From Candidatus Saccharimonadota bacterium (GTDB lineage Bacteria; Bacillota_I; Bacilli_A; Mycoplasmatales; Hepatoplasmataceae): a stretch of DNA of 32,000 nucleotides. Within the stretch, counting starts at the first letter, position 1; the number at the start of each line of letters is the position of its first letter. The translations under genes were made by a program, and so were the position numbers. The notes beneath the pieces were generated by a model. That model ran no database searches. It had not been told where the DNA came from and saw only the letters and a list, made by a program, of their open reading frames with translations. Where the stretch lies: assembly GCA_027925225.1 (NCBI GenBank), contig AP027131.1:180001-212000 (forward strand), given 5' to 3'. Shown here one piece after another: positions 31,645 through 32,000 of the stretch.

Positions 31645-32000
31645 TTATAAAGCCATTATTATTCCTGCGGCTATTGCTCCACCGCATAGTGGTGCAATAG
31701 TTCCTACTATTGAATACATTCAATTTGAAGATCCTTTTTCTTTAAGGGGTAGAAACATATGTGTTAATCTTGGCATTAAATCTCTTGCAGGGTTTAATGA
31801 AAATCCTGTAATTGATCCAATAGACATTGCTATACCAAATACTACAAGTCCAACAAAAATAGGACTAAATGCTGGTCCAGCTGCATCAACTACTTGTGGT
31901 AGTAAAACAGCAAATACTAATGTAAATGTACCAACTAATTCAACAGTAAAATTTCTTGTTCAATTCATTGTATTATTTGTTTCAAATGAGTTTCCTGTTA
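31645..32000 (-). CDS. glpF: MIP-family channel (glycerol uptake facilitator-like), C-terminal part, truncated by the window edge
   Basis: Reverse-strand translation gives ...VELVGTFTLVFAVLL...GIAMSIGSITGFSLNPARDLMPRLTH...GGAIAAGIIMAL*, which includes the second NPAR motif. There are two in-frame TGA = Trp codons, and the stop is at 31645-31647. The gene is not in the ORF track. Confidence 0.88.

Overview
The window is extremely AT-rich DNA that uses genetic code 4 (TGA = Trp), as in Mollicutes. Almost every long gene is cut into pieces in the supplied ORF track only at TGA codons. Reading TGA as Trp rejoins those pieces into full-length, well-conserved proteins, including ValS (GHAW, WYPG), Lon, RecA, Der, GpsA and PgsA. 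After rejoining I count about 31 protein genes, one tRNA-Arg(UCU) and an RNase P RNA, packed with almost no intergenic space. Most of this is housekeeping sequence in compressed Firmicute-type synteny blocks: tig-lon-valS, rnj-ftsK, cmk-der-gpsA-hup and pgsA-cinA-recA-ymdB. Several things stand out:

- An 813-aa DUF4145-DUF262 (GmrS/ParB-type) fusion gene lies between recU and rnpB. It is the best candidate for an accessory or defence function.
- A lone MutH/Sau3AI-like gene has no adjacent methyltransferase.
- A module of four translationally coupled genes contains an RNase J-like protein and an FtsK-like protein that both appear to have lost their catalytic motifs, then a CxxS thioredoxin-fold protein, then a tail-anchored coiled-coil protein.
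- A 537-aa Lys/Glu-rich protein carries three 15-bp tandem arrays.
- A 5'-truncated gene encodes a HerA/VirB4-like P-loop protein.

I saw no CRISPR array, rRNA, transposase or integrase. All product calls rest on motifs I recognised by eye. No database search or HMM was run.
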